A model generated the notes under the pieces. It worked only from the letters and a program-made list of their open reading frames with translations. It ran no database searches and was not told the DNA's origin. Of a stretch of 64,000 nt of DNA, positions 50,705-60,096 are shown piece after piece. This stretch comes from an uncultured Piscirickettsiaceae bacterium (GTDB taxonomy: Bacteria; Pseudomonadota; Gammaproteobacteria; Thiomicrospirales; Thiomicrospiraceae). Every line of letters starts with the position of its first letter. Positions within the stretch are counted from its first letter, which is position 1. The DNA lies in the NCBI GenBank assembly GCA_964471975.1, contig CAYYIL010000006.1, positions 13,034 through 77,033 of the forward strand, written 5' to 3'. A program made the translations under genes and the position numbers.

Positions 50705-51775
50705 ATGACCCAACTGAAGAACGATCGTTTTCTCCGTGCTCTGCTCAAGCAACCCGTTGACCGCACCCCCGTGTGGATGATGCGCCAGGCCGGCCGCTAC
50801 CTGCCTGAATACCGCGAGGTGCGCAAACAGGCCGGCTCCTTCATGGACCTGTGCCGCAACACCGAGCTGGCCACTGAAGTCACCCTGCAGCCCCTGCGCC
50901 GTTTTCCCATCGATGCTGCCATCCTCTTTTCGGACATTCTCACCATTCCGGATGCCATGGGACTGGGGCTGCGCTTTGAAGCCGGCGAAGGCCCCGTCTT
51001 CGATCACCCTGTGCGCAGTGCAGCGGACGTGGCCCGGCTGGGTGTGCCGGACATGGAGCAGGACCTTGGTTATGTGATGGATGCCGTGCGCAGCATCCGC
51101 AAGGCGCTGGATGGTCAGGTGCCACTCATCGGTTTTTCCGGCAGCCCGTGGACGCTGGCCACCTATATGGTGGAAGGTGGCAGCTCCAAGACCTTCGGCA
51201 AGGTCAAGGCAATGATCTACGACGATCCAGCCACCGCCCACAAGCTGCTTGAAATCCTCGCAGATGCGGTCACCGAGTACCTCAATGCCCAGATCCGTGC
51301 CGGGGCGCAGGCGGTGCAGATCTTCGACACCTGGGGCGGCGTGCTCACCCCGCGGGATTTTCAGGAATTCTCGCTTGCATATATGGAGCGCATTATTGAA
51401 GGACTGATTCGCGAACATGAGGGTCGGCAGGTACCCGTCATTCTGTTCACCAAGGGCGGCGGCCAGTGGCTTGAAGTCATGGCGGAAAGCGGTGCCGATG
51501 CCCTGGGGCTTGACTGGACCACCGATATCGGCGAAGCGCGCCAGCGCGTGGGCAACCAGGTGGCACTGCAGGGCAATATGGACCCGTCCATGCTGTACGC
51601 CTCTCCCGAGCGTATCGAAGAGGAGGTGCGCCTGATCCTCACCAGCTACGGACAGGGCTCCGGCCACGTCATGAATCTGGGCCACGGCATTCATCCCGAT
51701 GTACCGGTAGAGCATGCGCAGGCCTTTGTGGAAGCCGTGGTGCGCCACAGCCCGGCCTTCCATCAAGCTGACTGA
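50705..51775 (+). CDS. hemE: Uroporphyrinogen decarboxylase
   Basis: [34 protein letters not shown] signature. 356 aa. Confidence 0.97.
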   Translation: MTQLKNDRFLRALLKQPVDRTPVWMMRQAGRYLPEYREVRKQAGSFMDLCRNTELATEVTLQPLRRFPIDAAILFSDILTIPDAMGLGLRFEAGEGPVFDHPVRSAADVARLGVPDMEQDLGYVMDAVRSIRKALDGQVPLIGFSGSPWTLATYMVEGGSSKTFGKVKAMIYDDPATAHKLLEILADAVTEYLNAQIRAGAQAVQIFDTWGGVLTPRDFQEFSLAYMERIIEGLIREHEGRQVPVILFTKGGGQWLEVMAESGADALGLDWTTDIGEARQRVGNQVALQGNMDPSMLYASPERIEEEVRLILTSYGQGSGHVMNLGHGIHPDVPVEHAQAFVEAVVRHSPAFHQAD

Positions 51776-51793
51776 CCCTTTTTTCACGCCTCA

Positions 51794-51825
51794 CAAAAAA
51801 ACCGCGCCGAGGCGCGGTTTTTTTA
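51794..51825. terminator. Bidirectional intrinsic terminator between hemE and the convergent EAL-like/HDOD gene
   Basis: AAAAAAACCGCGCC-ga-GGCGCGGTTTTTTT. Confidence 0.8.
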
Positions 51826-51845
51826 TGCAGCCTTACAGCGAAACA

Positions 51846-53069
51846 TCAGAGTTCACTGGTGCGCATGATTTCATCGGCATACGCCAGCGCTTCTGTATAG
51901 CAGGCACGCACCTGCACCGGCGAAACCCCGGGTGGCAACACAAAGTTCACTTCGCCCTTTTCCAGGGACTGAATAATCCGCAGGGCCGCACCAGCGTGCC
52001 CAGCGTGCTCCAGCAGCGCCAGCTGCAACTCCTTCTGCAGCTTCAATTCACGCACGATTTCCGACAGCGGGCGATCCAGCACCACGTCAAGCAGTGAGAA
52101 CAGGCCAACCGTATAGAACATGTCCCGATCCCCCTGCACGATTTCGCCGATGCAGGCGCAGAACTGTGCCCGCACCAGCGCCGTCCGCGCCAGCTCAGGC
52201 AGCTCCTCGCCCAGTTCAGTCATCATGTAGGTCTGCACCCAGAGCTTGAGCCGCTCCAGTCCTAGACGCCGCACCGCATCCAGAATGGAGTGCAGATACC
52301 CTTCTCCCTCCAGCAGGAAGCGATTGGCCATGCGCACCACCTGCTCGCTCATGGCCACATCCTGCTCCAGCAGATAGGTCAATTCGTTCAGATTCAGCTT
52401 GGGGTCTTCCAGCTTGCGCAGCACCTGCAATACCTTGACCTGCGAGGGCTTGAGCGGCTTTTCCTCTTCCAGTTTTGGCTTGAGATAGAAGGGCCCGGTA
52501 AAGAACTTGAAGCCGTGATAGCGACAGAACAGGAACTGCTTGTGTGTAGCCACATTGCCGGCAATCCAGCTGGTGCGGTCGCGCACGCCGGGAAACATGG
52601 AAATGATGGTATTGGGCCCGCCCGCCGGCAGATCCGCCCGCACGTAACGGATGGCAAAATCGTCAAACGGCAGCGAACTGCTGAAATCGTAACGGGTGAC
52701 GCCCACCAGAAAGTGGTAGATATTGATCAGCTGATAGAGCTCTTCCCAATAGGGTTTGTGCACCGCGCGCCAGTCTGTGGCAACAATGACACCGGTGGAG
52801 AGCAGGGGGATCTTCTCCAGTACCGCATCCTGAATCAGGCGCGGCGGCAGCTCGATAAACAGCGGCTCGTGGTTGGCAATCTTTTCCCAGCCCAGTTCAT
52901 CGAGAAAAGCGAGAAAGTTCTGCAGCTCCTTCTCCGGCAGCGCGCCTTCGTCTTCAGACAGATCGAAATGGTTGGCACGAAACAGCAGCTGATAGGCCTT
53001 TACCTTCAGCTGTGGCGAAAAAATGGGCTGCCGGATGAAATAGAACGTATCACTCACCGCTACCGCCAT
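51846..53069 (-). CDS. EAL-like (degenerate) + HDOD domain signalling protein
   Basis: N-terminal FIRQPIFSPQLKVKAYQLLFR (QLL in place of EAL) and a C-terminal HDOD-type region. Same architecture and length as 21017..22234. Confidence 0.7.
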   Translation of the reverse strand: MAVAVSDTFYFIRQPIFSPQLKVKAYQLLFRANHFDLSEDEGALPEKELQNFLAFLDELGWEKIANHEPLFIELPPRLIQDAVLEKIPLLSTGVIVATDWRAVHKPYWEELYQLINIYHFLVGVTRYDFSSSLPFDDFAIRYVRADLPAGGPNTIISMFPGVRDRTSWIAGNVATHKQFLFCRYHGFKFFTGPFYLKPKLEEEKPLKPSQVKVLQVLRKLEDPKLNLNELTYLLEQDVAMSEQVVRMANRFLLEGEGYLHSILDAVRRLGLERLKLWVQTYMMTELGEELPELARTALVRAQFCACIGEIVQGDRDMFYTVGLFSLLDVVLDRPLSEIVRELKLQKELQLALLEHAGHAGAALRIIQSLEKGEVNFVLPPGVSPVQVRACYTEALAYADEIMRTSEL

Positions 53070-53116
53070 GGCCGTGCCTTACTCCTCATACTGCACCACA
53101 AATATATTCCCGCCTA

Positions 53117-53392
53117 TCAGGACTCCACCGGCTTGTATTCGTCCGGCAACTGCACGTCCTGATCGCCAAACAGAAACTTCTCCATCTCCTCCATCAGAAA
53201 CTTGCGCGCCTTGGGGTCGAGGCTGGAAAGGCGGTATTCGTTGATCAGCACCGTCTGATGCTGCAGCCACTGCTTCCACGCCTCCTTGGAGACATGTTCA
53301 TAAATCTTCTGACCCAGCGGGCCCGGAAACGGTGGATGATCCAGCCCTTCCAGTTCCTGCTTCAGCTTGACGCAATGCACCTTCCGACTCAT
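53117..53392 (-). CDS. yggX: Fe(2+)-trafficking / oxidative-damage protection protein YggX
   Basis: [18 protein letters not shown]...[32 protein letters not shown] matches the YggX family along its full length. Confidence 0.9.
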   Translation of the reverse strand: MSRKVHCVKLKQELEGLDHPPFPGPLGQKIYEHVSKEAWKQWLQHQTVLINEYRLSSLDPKARKFLMEEMEKFLFGDQDVQLPDEYKPVES

Positions 53393-54410
53393 CTTGAACC
53401 TCCATCAATAGCTTTTTCACCGGCGCGGGCACGGGCAGCGCCATGGCGTCCTGCAGCGGCCACCATGCGCCCGCATCCGGTGTCGGTTGTGTCTCGTGAG
53501 TGTGCCACAGATACGGCGCAATATCCAGATGAAAGTGGCTGAAGGTATGGCGAAAGGGCTTCAACGGTACACCACGAGGTGATTCCACCAGCGGAAAGCC
53601 ATGCAGCCCGCCCCACAGTCCCGTCGCCTCATTGGACACCAACCACACCTGCCCCTCGCGCAGGCAAATCTGCCAGATGGCCTCACGCACCGGCAAGGTC
53701 CTGCGGGGACGCGGCGTGGGCAGCTGCGCCGTGCGACCGGTGCGCACCGCCACGCAGTCCGCCCGAAACGGACAGGCATCACAATCAGGCCTTGTGCGCG
53801 TACACACCGTTGCCCCCAGATCCATCTGCGCCTGCGTATAGTCGGCCATGACCGCAGTGTCCTGCGGCAGCAACTGTTCGGCCAGCTGCCACAGCCGGAT
53901 TTCCACAGCGCGCTCGCCCGGCCAGCCCTCGATTCCGAACACGCGACACAATACCCGCTTCACATTGCCGTCCAAGATGGCCTCACGCTGGCCATAGGCC
54001 TGCGCCACAATGGCTGCTGCGGTGGAGCGCCCGACCCCCGGCAAGGCTTCCCAGCCAGCCCGATCCGTGGGAAAGCCGCCCTGCGTCACAATCTGCTGCG
54101 CCGCCCGGTGCAGATTACGACCGCGGGCGTAGTAGCCCAGCCCACTCCACAACGCCAGCACCTTGGACACATCGGCCGCAGCCAGCGCCTCCACGTCCGC
54201 AAAGCGCGCCATGAAACGCTCAAAATAAGGGATCACCGTCTGCACCTGCGTCTGCTGCAGCATCACCTCCGCCACCCACACTCGGTAGGGCGTGCGTGGG
54301 TGCTGCCATGGCAAATCATGGCGGCCGTGCCGCCGGTGCCACGCCAGCAGCCGCTGGGCAAAGCTCTTAACAGGGGGGTCCCCGACTTTTTCAGAATCGA
54401 TTTTTTTCAT
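53298..54410 (-). CDS. mutY: A/G-specific adenine glycosylase MutY
   Basis: [16 protein letters not shown], Hh[13 protein letters not shown], the Fe-S cluster loop [17 protein letters not shown] and the NUDIX-like C-terminal [12 protein letters not shown]. The 3' tail overlaps yggX by 95 nt. Confidence 0.9.
   Translation of the reverse strand: MKKIDSEKVGDPPVKSFAQRLLAWHRRHGRHDLPWQHPRTPYRVWVAEVMLQQTQVQTVIPYFERFMARFADVEALAAADVSKVLALWSGLGYYARGRNLHRAAQQIVTQGGFPTDRAGWEALPGVGRSTAAAIVAQAYGQREAILDGNVKRVLCRVFGIEGWPGERAVEIRLWQLAEQLLPQDTAVMADYTQAQMDLGATVCTRTRPDCDACPFRADCVAVRTGRTAQLPTPRPRRTLPVREAIWQICLREGQVWLVSNEATGLWGGLHGFPLVESPRGVPLKPFRHTFSHFHLDIAPYLWHTHETQPTPDAGAWWPLQDAMALPVPAPVKKLLMEVQDESEGALRQAEAGTGRAGSSTVSGPAGSEDL
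54373..54391 (+). repeat. Copy of recurrent word (G)GGGGGTCCCCGACTTTTT inside the first codons of mutY
   Basis: Read directly. On the coding strand it is read as K-V-G-D-P-P within the non-conserved N-terminal extension. Confidence 0.9.
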
Positions 54411-54485
54411 TCGCCGCGCTGCACTTCAGCAAACCCTTAAATCCGCTATACTATAGTGATTCACGCACCCACTGACACGAATTCC

Positions 54486-54686
54486 ATGCAGATTATTCTC
54501 AACGGCGAACCCTACGAACTGAAAGATGGCGCCACCGCCGCGGAGCTGGTGCAGCAGCTGGAACTGACTGGCAAGCGCATCGCCATGGAGCGCAATGAAA
54601 CCATCGTGCCGCGCAGCCAGTATGAACAGACCGTGCTGCAGCCGGGCGACCGCATCGAAATCATTCACGCCGTCGGCGGCGGCTGA
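54486..54686 (+). CDS. thiS: Thiamine biosynthesis sulfur-carrier protein ThiS
   Basis: MQIILNGEPYEL...IEIIHAVGGG with the C-terminal GG. 66 aa from the ATG at 54486. Confidence 0.9.
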   Translation: MQIILNGEPYELKDGATAAELVQQLELTGKRIAMERNETIVPRSQYEQTVLQPGDRIEIIHAVGGG

Positions 54687-54707
54687 TCACAATCCAAGAG
54701 AGTCAAC

Positions 54708-55505
54708 ATGAACGATACCTTTGAACTGGCAGGCAAGACCTACTCCTCCCGTTTGCTGGTGGGCACCGGCAAATACAAGGATCTGATGGAAACCAAGGCG
54801 GCCATCGAAGCCTCGGGCGCGGAAATCGTCACCGTGGCCATCCGCCGCACCAATATCGGCCAGAACCCCAATGAGCCCTCCCTGCTGGAGGTGATTCCGC
54901 CGGAAAAATACACCCTGCTGCCCAACACCGCCGGCTGCTTCGACGCCGAGTCTGCCGTGCGCACCTGCCAGCTGGCCCGTGAACTGCTGGACGGCCACAG
55001 TCTGGTAAAACTGGAAGTCCTCGGCGACCCGGAAACCCTCTACCCCAATGTACTGGAAACCCTCAAGGCGGCGCGCACGCTCATCGATGACGGCTTCCAG
55101 ATCATGGTCTACACCTCCGATGACCCGATTATCGCCAAGGAGTTCGAGGACATGGGCTGCGTGGCCGTCATGCCGCTGGGCTCCCTGATCGGCTCCGGCA
55201 TGGGCATCGTCAACCCCTACAACATTCGCATGATCAAGGAACGCCTCACCGTGCCCGTGCTGGTGGACGCCGGTGTGGGCACCGCCTCCGATGCGGCCGT
55301 GGCCATGGAGCTGGGCTGTGACGGTGTGCTGATGAATACCGCCATTGCTGCCGCGAAAGATCCGGTGCTGATGGCCTCCGCGATGAAAAAGGCGGTGCAG
55401 GCCGGGCGCGAAGCTTATCTGGCGGGGCGCATGCCGCAGCGCATCTACACCGCCAGCCCGTCATCACCAGACGAAGGCATCTTCTTCGACAAGCCCGCTT
55501 CATGA
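54708..55505 (+). CDS. thiG: Thiazole synthase ThiG
   Basis: [10 protein letters not shown]...TVAIRR...LPNTAGC...[12 protein letters not shown] motifs. 265 aa. Confidence 0.95.
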   Translation: MNDTFELAGKTYSSRLLVGTGKYKDLMETKAAIEASGAEIVTVAIRRTNIGQNPNEPSLLEVIPPEKYTLLPNTAGCFDAESAVRTCQLARELLDGHSLVKLEVLGDPETLYPNVLETLKAARTLIDDGFQIMVYTSDDPIIAKEFEDMGCVAVMPLGSLIGSGMGIVNPYNIRMIKERLTVPVLVDAGVGTASDAAVAMELGCDGVLMNTAIAAAKDPVLMASAMKKAVQAGREAYLAGRMPQRIYTASPSSPDEGIFFDKPAS

Positions 55506-56206
55506 GCGAACAGGGGCAGACGCCGGGCGAAATCTTTCGCCGCGGCATCAAATCCTTCGTGCTGCGCCAGGGGCGCATGACCAAGGGACAGCAGCGGGCT
55601 TACGACCTGCTCTGGCCCCGCTATGGTGTGCCCTATTCGCCCGAGCCGCTCGATCTTGCCAAACTATTTGGCAACGACCACCCCGTGTGGCTGGAGATCG
55701 GTTTCGGCATGGGCCAGAGTCTCGCGCAGATGGCGGAAAACCGCGCCGAGGAAAACTTCTTCGGCGTGGAAGTGCACAAGCCGGGGGTGGGTGCGCTGCT
55801 GATGGAGGTGGAAAAGCGCGGCCTGACCAATGTGCGCGTCAGCAATCACGATGCGGTGGAGGTGGTGCGCGACCAGCTGCCGCCTGAAAGCCTGGCCGGC
55901 ATCATGGTGTTCTTTCCCGACCCGTGGCACAAGAAGCGCCACCACAAGCGTCGCCTGATCCAGCCCCCCTTTGTGGAACTGCTCGCTTCGCGCCTGCAGC
56001 CGGACGGCCTGCTGCACCTGGCTACCGACTGGGAAGACTACGCCGAGCAGATGCTTGAGGTGTGCGAAGCCGAACCGTCGCTGGAAAATGTGGCCGGCCC
56101 TGGTCAATATCATCCCCGCCCCGACTGGCGTCCGCTCACCAAATTTGAACAGCGCGGCCAGCGCCTCGGCCATGGCGTGTGGGATCTGCTCTACCGCAAG
56201 CGTTAA
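55502..56206 (+). CDS. trmB: tRNA (guanine-N7)-methyltransferase
   Basis: [27 protein letters not shown] and ATDWEDY. Start overlaps the thiG stop. Confidence 0.92.
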   Translation: MSEQGQTPGEIFRRGIKSFVLRQGRMTKGQQRAYDLLWPRYGVPYSPEPLDLAKLFGNDHPVWLEIGFGMGQSLAQMAENRAEENFFGVEVHKPGVGALLMEVEKRGLTNVRVSNHDAVEVVRDQLPPESLAGIMVFFPDPWHKKRHHKRRLIQPPFVELLASRLQPDGLLHLATDWEDYAEQMLEVCEAEPSLENVAGPGQYHPRPDWRPLTKFEQRGQRLGHGVWDLLYRKR

Positions 56207-57354
56207 AGAAACGCCTCGATCACATCATTGAGAAACGCCTGGCCCTGCTTGGTGAGGATCCACGCATCATCCTCCTGCACCAATAGCCCCTTTTCATGCA
56301 GGGCGTTCAATGTCGGCAGGACGACCTCTCGCGACACGCCCGTCACCGCCTCAAATTCGTCCAGAGCAAACGGCTCGAACAGCCGCAGGCGATTGAGCAT
56401 GTATTCAAACGGCCGCTCTGCCAGCGCCACACTGTGCTGCCGCCCCATGCCGCCGCGCTCGATTTCGGCCACATAGGCGCCGGGACTGGCCGGCATCTGC
56501 GTGCGCAGGATTTCATTGCGCTCCGCCAGCGTCAGCTTGCCATGGGCGCCTGCCCCCAGCCCGATATAGTCGCCGTAGCGCCAGTAGTTGAGGTTATGAC
56601 GGCAGGTCCTGCCCAGGTGCGCCCACGCAGAAACTTCATAGTGCTCGAATCCCGCCGCCTGCAGCCGCGCGGCACACGCCTGCTGAATGTCCGTGGCCAC
56701 ATCATCGTCCGGCAGACCCGACGGCGGCTGGCGGTAGAACGGCGTATTGGGCTCCAGCGTCAGCTGATAATGGGAGAGATGAGTGGGTTCATGGGTCAGG
56801 GCCGCCTCGATATCAGCCAGCGCAGCGCCTACCGTCTGCCCGGGCAACGCGAACATCAGGTCAATATTGAAATTGTCGAAGCCGGCCTCACGTGCCATCT
56901 CCAGCGCTGCGTGCGCCTCGGCCGCAGTGTGTATGCGCCCGAGGGTCTGCAGCTGCCGGTCGTCAAAACTCTGCACACCCACCGACAGGCGATTGACGCC
57001 CGCCGCGCGGAATGCCGCGAACTTTTCCGCCTCGGCCGTGCCCGGGTTGGCCTCCAGCGTCACCTCCACCTCGGCACCAAAGCCCAGCAACGCACGCGCC
57101 TGGGACAGAAACTCTGCCAGCACCTCGGGTGGCATGAGGCTGGGCGTGCCGCCGCCAAAAAATATGGCATGAATGCGCCGCCCCCAGATCAGTGGCAGCG
57201 TCTGCTCCAACTGGCGCAGCAGCGCAGCGAAATAGGCTGCGTCGTCCACACTCCGTTGGGTATGGGAATTGAAGTCGCAATAGGGACACTTGCGCACGCA
57301 CCACGGATAGTGCACATAGAGCGTCAGCGGCGGGGGAATCAGTGGGGCGCTCAA
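56203..57354 (-). CDS. hemW: Radical SAM heme chaperone HemW (YggW; oxygen-independent coproporphyrinogen oxidase-like)
   Basis: [17 protein letters not shown] radical-SAM cluster motif, then FFGGGTPS. 383 aa. Sits in the rph-rdgB-hemW arrangement. Confidence 0.9.
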   Translation of the reverse strand: MSAPLIPPPLTLYVHYPWCVRKCPYCDFNSHTQRSVDDAAYFAALLRQLEQTLPLIWGRRIHAIFFGGGTPSLMPPEVLAEFLSQARALLGFGAEVEVTLEANPGTAEAEKFAAFRAAGVNRLSVGVQSFDDRQLQTLGRIHTAAEAHAALEMAREAGFDNFNIDLMFALPGQTVGAALADIEAALTHEPTHLSHYQLTLEPNTPFYRQPPSGLPDDDVATDIQQACAARLQAAGFEHYEVSAWAHLGRTCRHNLNYWRYGDYIGLGAGAHGKLTLAERNEILRTQMPASPGAYVAEIERGGMGRQHSVALAERPFEYMLNRLRLFEPFALDEFEAVTGVSREVVLPTLNALHEKGLLVQEDDAWILTKQGQAFLNDVIEAFL

Positions 57355-57965
57355 ACCTTGAGCAGCCCCTGCTGTTGCAGTGTGCGAATCTGGTCCACCA
57401 GACTGTGCAGCGCCTGGGCGCGGTGGCTCAGCTGATGCTTGCGCTCAGGCGGCAACTCGGCGGCGCTGCACCCTTCGGAGGGCACATAGAACACCGGATC
57501 ATAGCCGAAACCGCCTTCGCCGCGCGGCGCCTCGAGAATCTCGCCATTCCAGCGCCCCAGCGCAATCACCGGCGTGGGATCCTCCGCGTGGCGCAGAAAC
57601 ACCATGGCACAGTAAAAGCTGGCCTGTCGCTCGCCCGCTGGTACGTCGGCCAGCTCCGCCAGCAGCTTGTCGATATTGCTGCTGTCAGTGGCCTCCGGCC
57701 CGGCAAATCGGGAGGAGTAGATGCCGGGCGCCCCGCCCAGCGCGGCCACTTCCAGTCCGGAGTCATCGCCAATGGCCGGCAGGCCGGTGCGCATGCACGC
57801 ATGGCGTGCCTTGAGCAGCGCGTTTTCCACAAAGGTGAGGCCGGTCTCGTCCGCCTCGTCGTCAAAGAGATCCGTCTGAGGAATCACTGTCCAGTCGAGC
57901 GGCGCCAGCATTTCGCCTACTTCGCGCACCTTGCCGGCATTGCCGCTGGCAAAGACCACTTTCAT
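57351..57965 (-). CDS. rdgB: Non-canonical purine NTP pyrophosphatase (RdgB/ITPase)
   Basis: [20 protein letters not shown] and FGYDPVF motifs. Confidence 0.93.
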   Translation of the reverse strand: MKVVFASGNAGKVREVGEMLAPLDWTVIPQTDLFDDEADETGLTFVENALLKARHACMRTGLPAIGDDSGLEVAALGGAPGIYSSRFAGPEATDSSNIDKLLAELADVPAGERQASFYCAMVFLRHAEDPTPVIALGRWNGEILEAPRGEGGFGYDPVFYVPSEGCSAAELPPERKHQLSHRAQALHSLVDQIRTLQQQGLLKV

Positions 57966-58699
57966 GCCACCGCCTCCAGCACCGCTTTCTGCAGCGCGAT
58001 CAGCTCGGCAATGCCCTGCGCCCCCAGAGCCAGCATGGTATCCAGCTCATCGCGACTGAAAGGCGCGCCCTCCGCAGTGCCCTGCACCTCGATAAAGCGG
58101 CTGTCATCGGTCATGACCAGATTCATGTCGGTTTCGGCAATGGAGTCTTCGCAATATTCCAGATCGAGGATCGGGTGCCCGTCCAAAATGCCCACCGACG
58201 TGGCGGCCACGTAATGGCGCAGCGGATCCTCGGCCAGCGTGCCCTCGCGTTGCAGGCTTTGCAGGGCCAGTGCCAGCGCCACAAAACCGCCGGTAATCGC
58301 TGCCGTACGGGTGCCCCCGTCCGCCTGCAGCACGTCACAGTCCACGGTAATGGTGCGTTCACCCAGCTTGGTCAGGTCCACGCCCGCACGCAACGCGCGG
58401 CCAATCAGGCGCTGAATTTCCACCGTACGCCCGCCCTGCTTGCCGGCACTGGCCTCGCGGCGCATGCGCGTGCCGGTAGAACGGGGCAGCATGCCGTATT
58501 CGGCTGTAATCCAGCCCTGACCCTGTCCCTGCAGAAACGGCGGCACCCGATCTTCCACACTGGCATTGCACAGCACGCGGGTATCGCCCACACTGATCAG
58601 CACGGAGCCCTCCGCATACTTGGTATAGCCCGGCTCAATCTGCACCGGCCGCATCTCATCCGGCGCGCGCTCGGAAGGGCGTTGCCACTGCTCGCTCAT
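57962..58699 (-). CDS. rph: Ribonuclease PH
   Basis: [13 protein letters not shown]...[14 protein letters not shown]...[15 protein letters not shown]. 245 aa. Confidence 0.96.
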   Translation of the reverse strand: MSEQWQRPSERAPDEMRPVQIEPGYTKYAEGSVLISVGDTRVLCNASVEDRVPPFLQGQGQGWITAEYGMLPRSTGTRMRREASAGKQGGRTVEIQRLIGRALRAGVDLTKLGERTITVDCDVLQADGGTRTAAITGGFVALALALQSLQREGTLAEDPLRHYVAATSVGILDGHPILDLEYCEDSIAETDMNLVMTDDSRFIEVQGTAEGAPFSRDELDTMLALGAQGIAELIALQKAVLEAVA

Positions 58700-58756
58700 G
58701 TCTCACCTCGGTTCGATATAGAATGAACGCAATTATAACGAGGGACCCCGCACGCC

Positions 58757-59617
58757 ATGAAAAGCATGACCGCCTTTGACCGCATCCAGTGCAGCTACGA
58801 CTGGGGGCAGGCTACCTGGGAGATCAAATCTGTCAATCACCGCTATCTGGAGCTGCATTTTCGTCTGCCGGAAGGCTGGCGCGAGCTGGAAATGGCATTG
58901 CGCGAGCGCGCCAAACAGCAGCTGGCCCGCGGCAAGGTGGAGTTCGCCCTCACCCTTACGCTGGATGCCGGCCTGCAGACCCCCAGCCTCAATGAGGCGG
59001 TCCTGGACGGCCTGATTGAAGTCATTCGCGACGTGCGCCTGCGCCTGCCTGCGGCCAGCCACCTGAATGCACTGGAAATCCTCAAATGGCCCGGTGTCAT
59101 TGCCGAACCACAGCTGAACCGTGAACAGATGCTGGCAGATCTGACCGCCTGTGCCGAGCAGGCACTGCAACAGCTCAATGCTGCCCGTGAGCGCGAAGGC
59201 GCAGCACTGAAGGCCCTGATCGAGCAGCGCCTCGATGCCATGGAAAAACTGATCGAGCCCTTGACCGATGTGGTGCCCGAAGCGGTGCAGAGCTACGAAA
59301 CCCGCCTGCGGGAACGCATCGCGCAGCTGCAGGCCGACGTGGACGAACAGCGGCTGGCACAGGAGGTGGCGCTGATGGCGCAGAAGCTGGACGTGGCCGA
59401 AGAGCTCGACCGCCTGCGCACCAATATCAAGCTGGTGCGCGAGGCGCTCCAGCAGGAAGGCCCCATCGGCCGCCGGCTGGACTTTCTCATGCAGGAACTG
59501 AACCGCGAGGCCAACACCCTCGGCTCCAAGGCCAGCGACATGCGCCTGACCGAAGCAGCCGTGGAGCTGAAGGTGCTGATCGAACAGATGCGCGAACAGG
59601 TGCAGAACATCGAATAG
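58757..59617 (+). CDS. yicC: YicC-family stress-induced protein
   Basis: MKSMTAFDR...WEIKSVNHRYLE and the C-terminal DFLMQELNREANTLGSKA...KVLIEQMREQVQNIE. Confidence 0.9.
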   Translation: MKSMTAFDRIQCSYDWGQATWEIKSVNHRYLELHFRLPEGWRELEMALRERAKQQLARGKVEFALTLTLDAGLQTPSLNEAVLDGLIEVIRDVRLRLPAASHLNALEILKWPGVIAEPQLNREQMLADLTACAEQALQQLNAAREREGAALKALIEQRLDAMEKLIEPLTDVVPEAVQSYETRLRERIAQLQADVDEQRLAQEVALMAQKLDVAEELDRLRTNIKLVREALQQEGPIGRRLDFLMQELNREANTLGSKASDMRLTEAAVELKVLIEQMREQVQNIE

Positions 59618-59736
59618 TCCCCAGGATCAGGGCATAAATTGACCTGCATCAACTTTTGCAACGGTTTTTATTTGCAAACCGCCCGCGCCATCGTTAACAT
59701 TTTGCTCAAGAATCCAATAGAGCGCCCCCGGGCGCC

Positions 59737-59976
59737 ATGAGCAACTCAACTGGAGAGCGTGTCATGAAAGAGTTCATCAACTTCCTGCTGGTGGTTCTGG
59801 TTACCGTCATCATTCCCTATCTGACCATCTGGTTCGTCTATTTCGGTATTCTGCCCGAATCACTGGAAGTGATCATTACCCAGATCGCCGTGGCCGCAGC
59901 CATTGTCATTATTGTGGGCGGCAATCTGATGCTGATGTATTCCGACATCAAGACCAAGCGCTACAGCAAGAGCTGA
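59737..59976 (+). CDS. Small hypothetical membrane protein (two TM helices)
   Basis: The hydrophobic ORF is followed by a terminator. The ATG at 59764 (GGAGAG 8 nt upstream) may be the true start. I recognise no family. Confidence 0.4.
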   Translation: MSNSTGERVMKEFINFLLVVLVTVIIPYLTIWFVYFGILPESLEVIITQIAVAAAIVIIVGGNLMLMYSDIKTKRYSKS

Positions 59977-60001
59977 TCGCGATCCCATTATCGTGGTTCC
60001 C

Positions 60002-60027
60002 AACGCCCGGCTCTGCCGGGCGTTTTG
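60002..60027 (+). terminator. Intrinsic terminator
   Basis: AACGCCCGG-ctctg-CCGGGCGTT followed by TTG. Confidence 0.65.
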
Positions 60028-60096
60028 CGTTGCGGGCTTGTCATCCCTCAACTAACCCGTTAATATCGTGCCGTTTTTCTGCATGCAGGCACGCCC

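Noticed and set aside
54411-54485. TPP riboswitch upstream of thiS-thiG
   Set aside because: The spacer is only 75 nt and lacks the conserved THI-box elements (CTGAGA...ACCTGA). It holds only a plausible -10 hexamer, TATACT.
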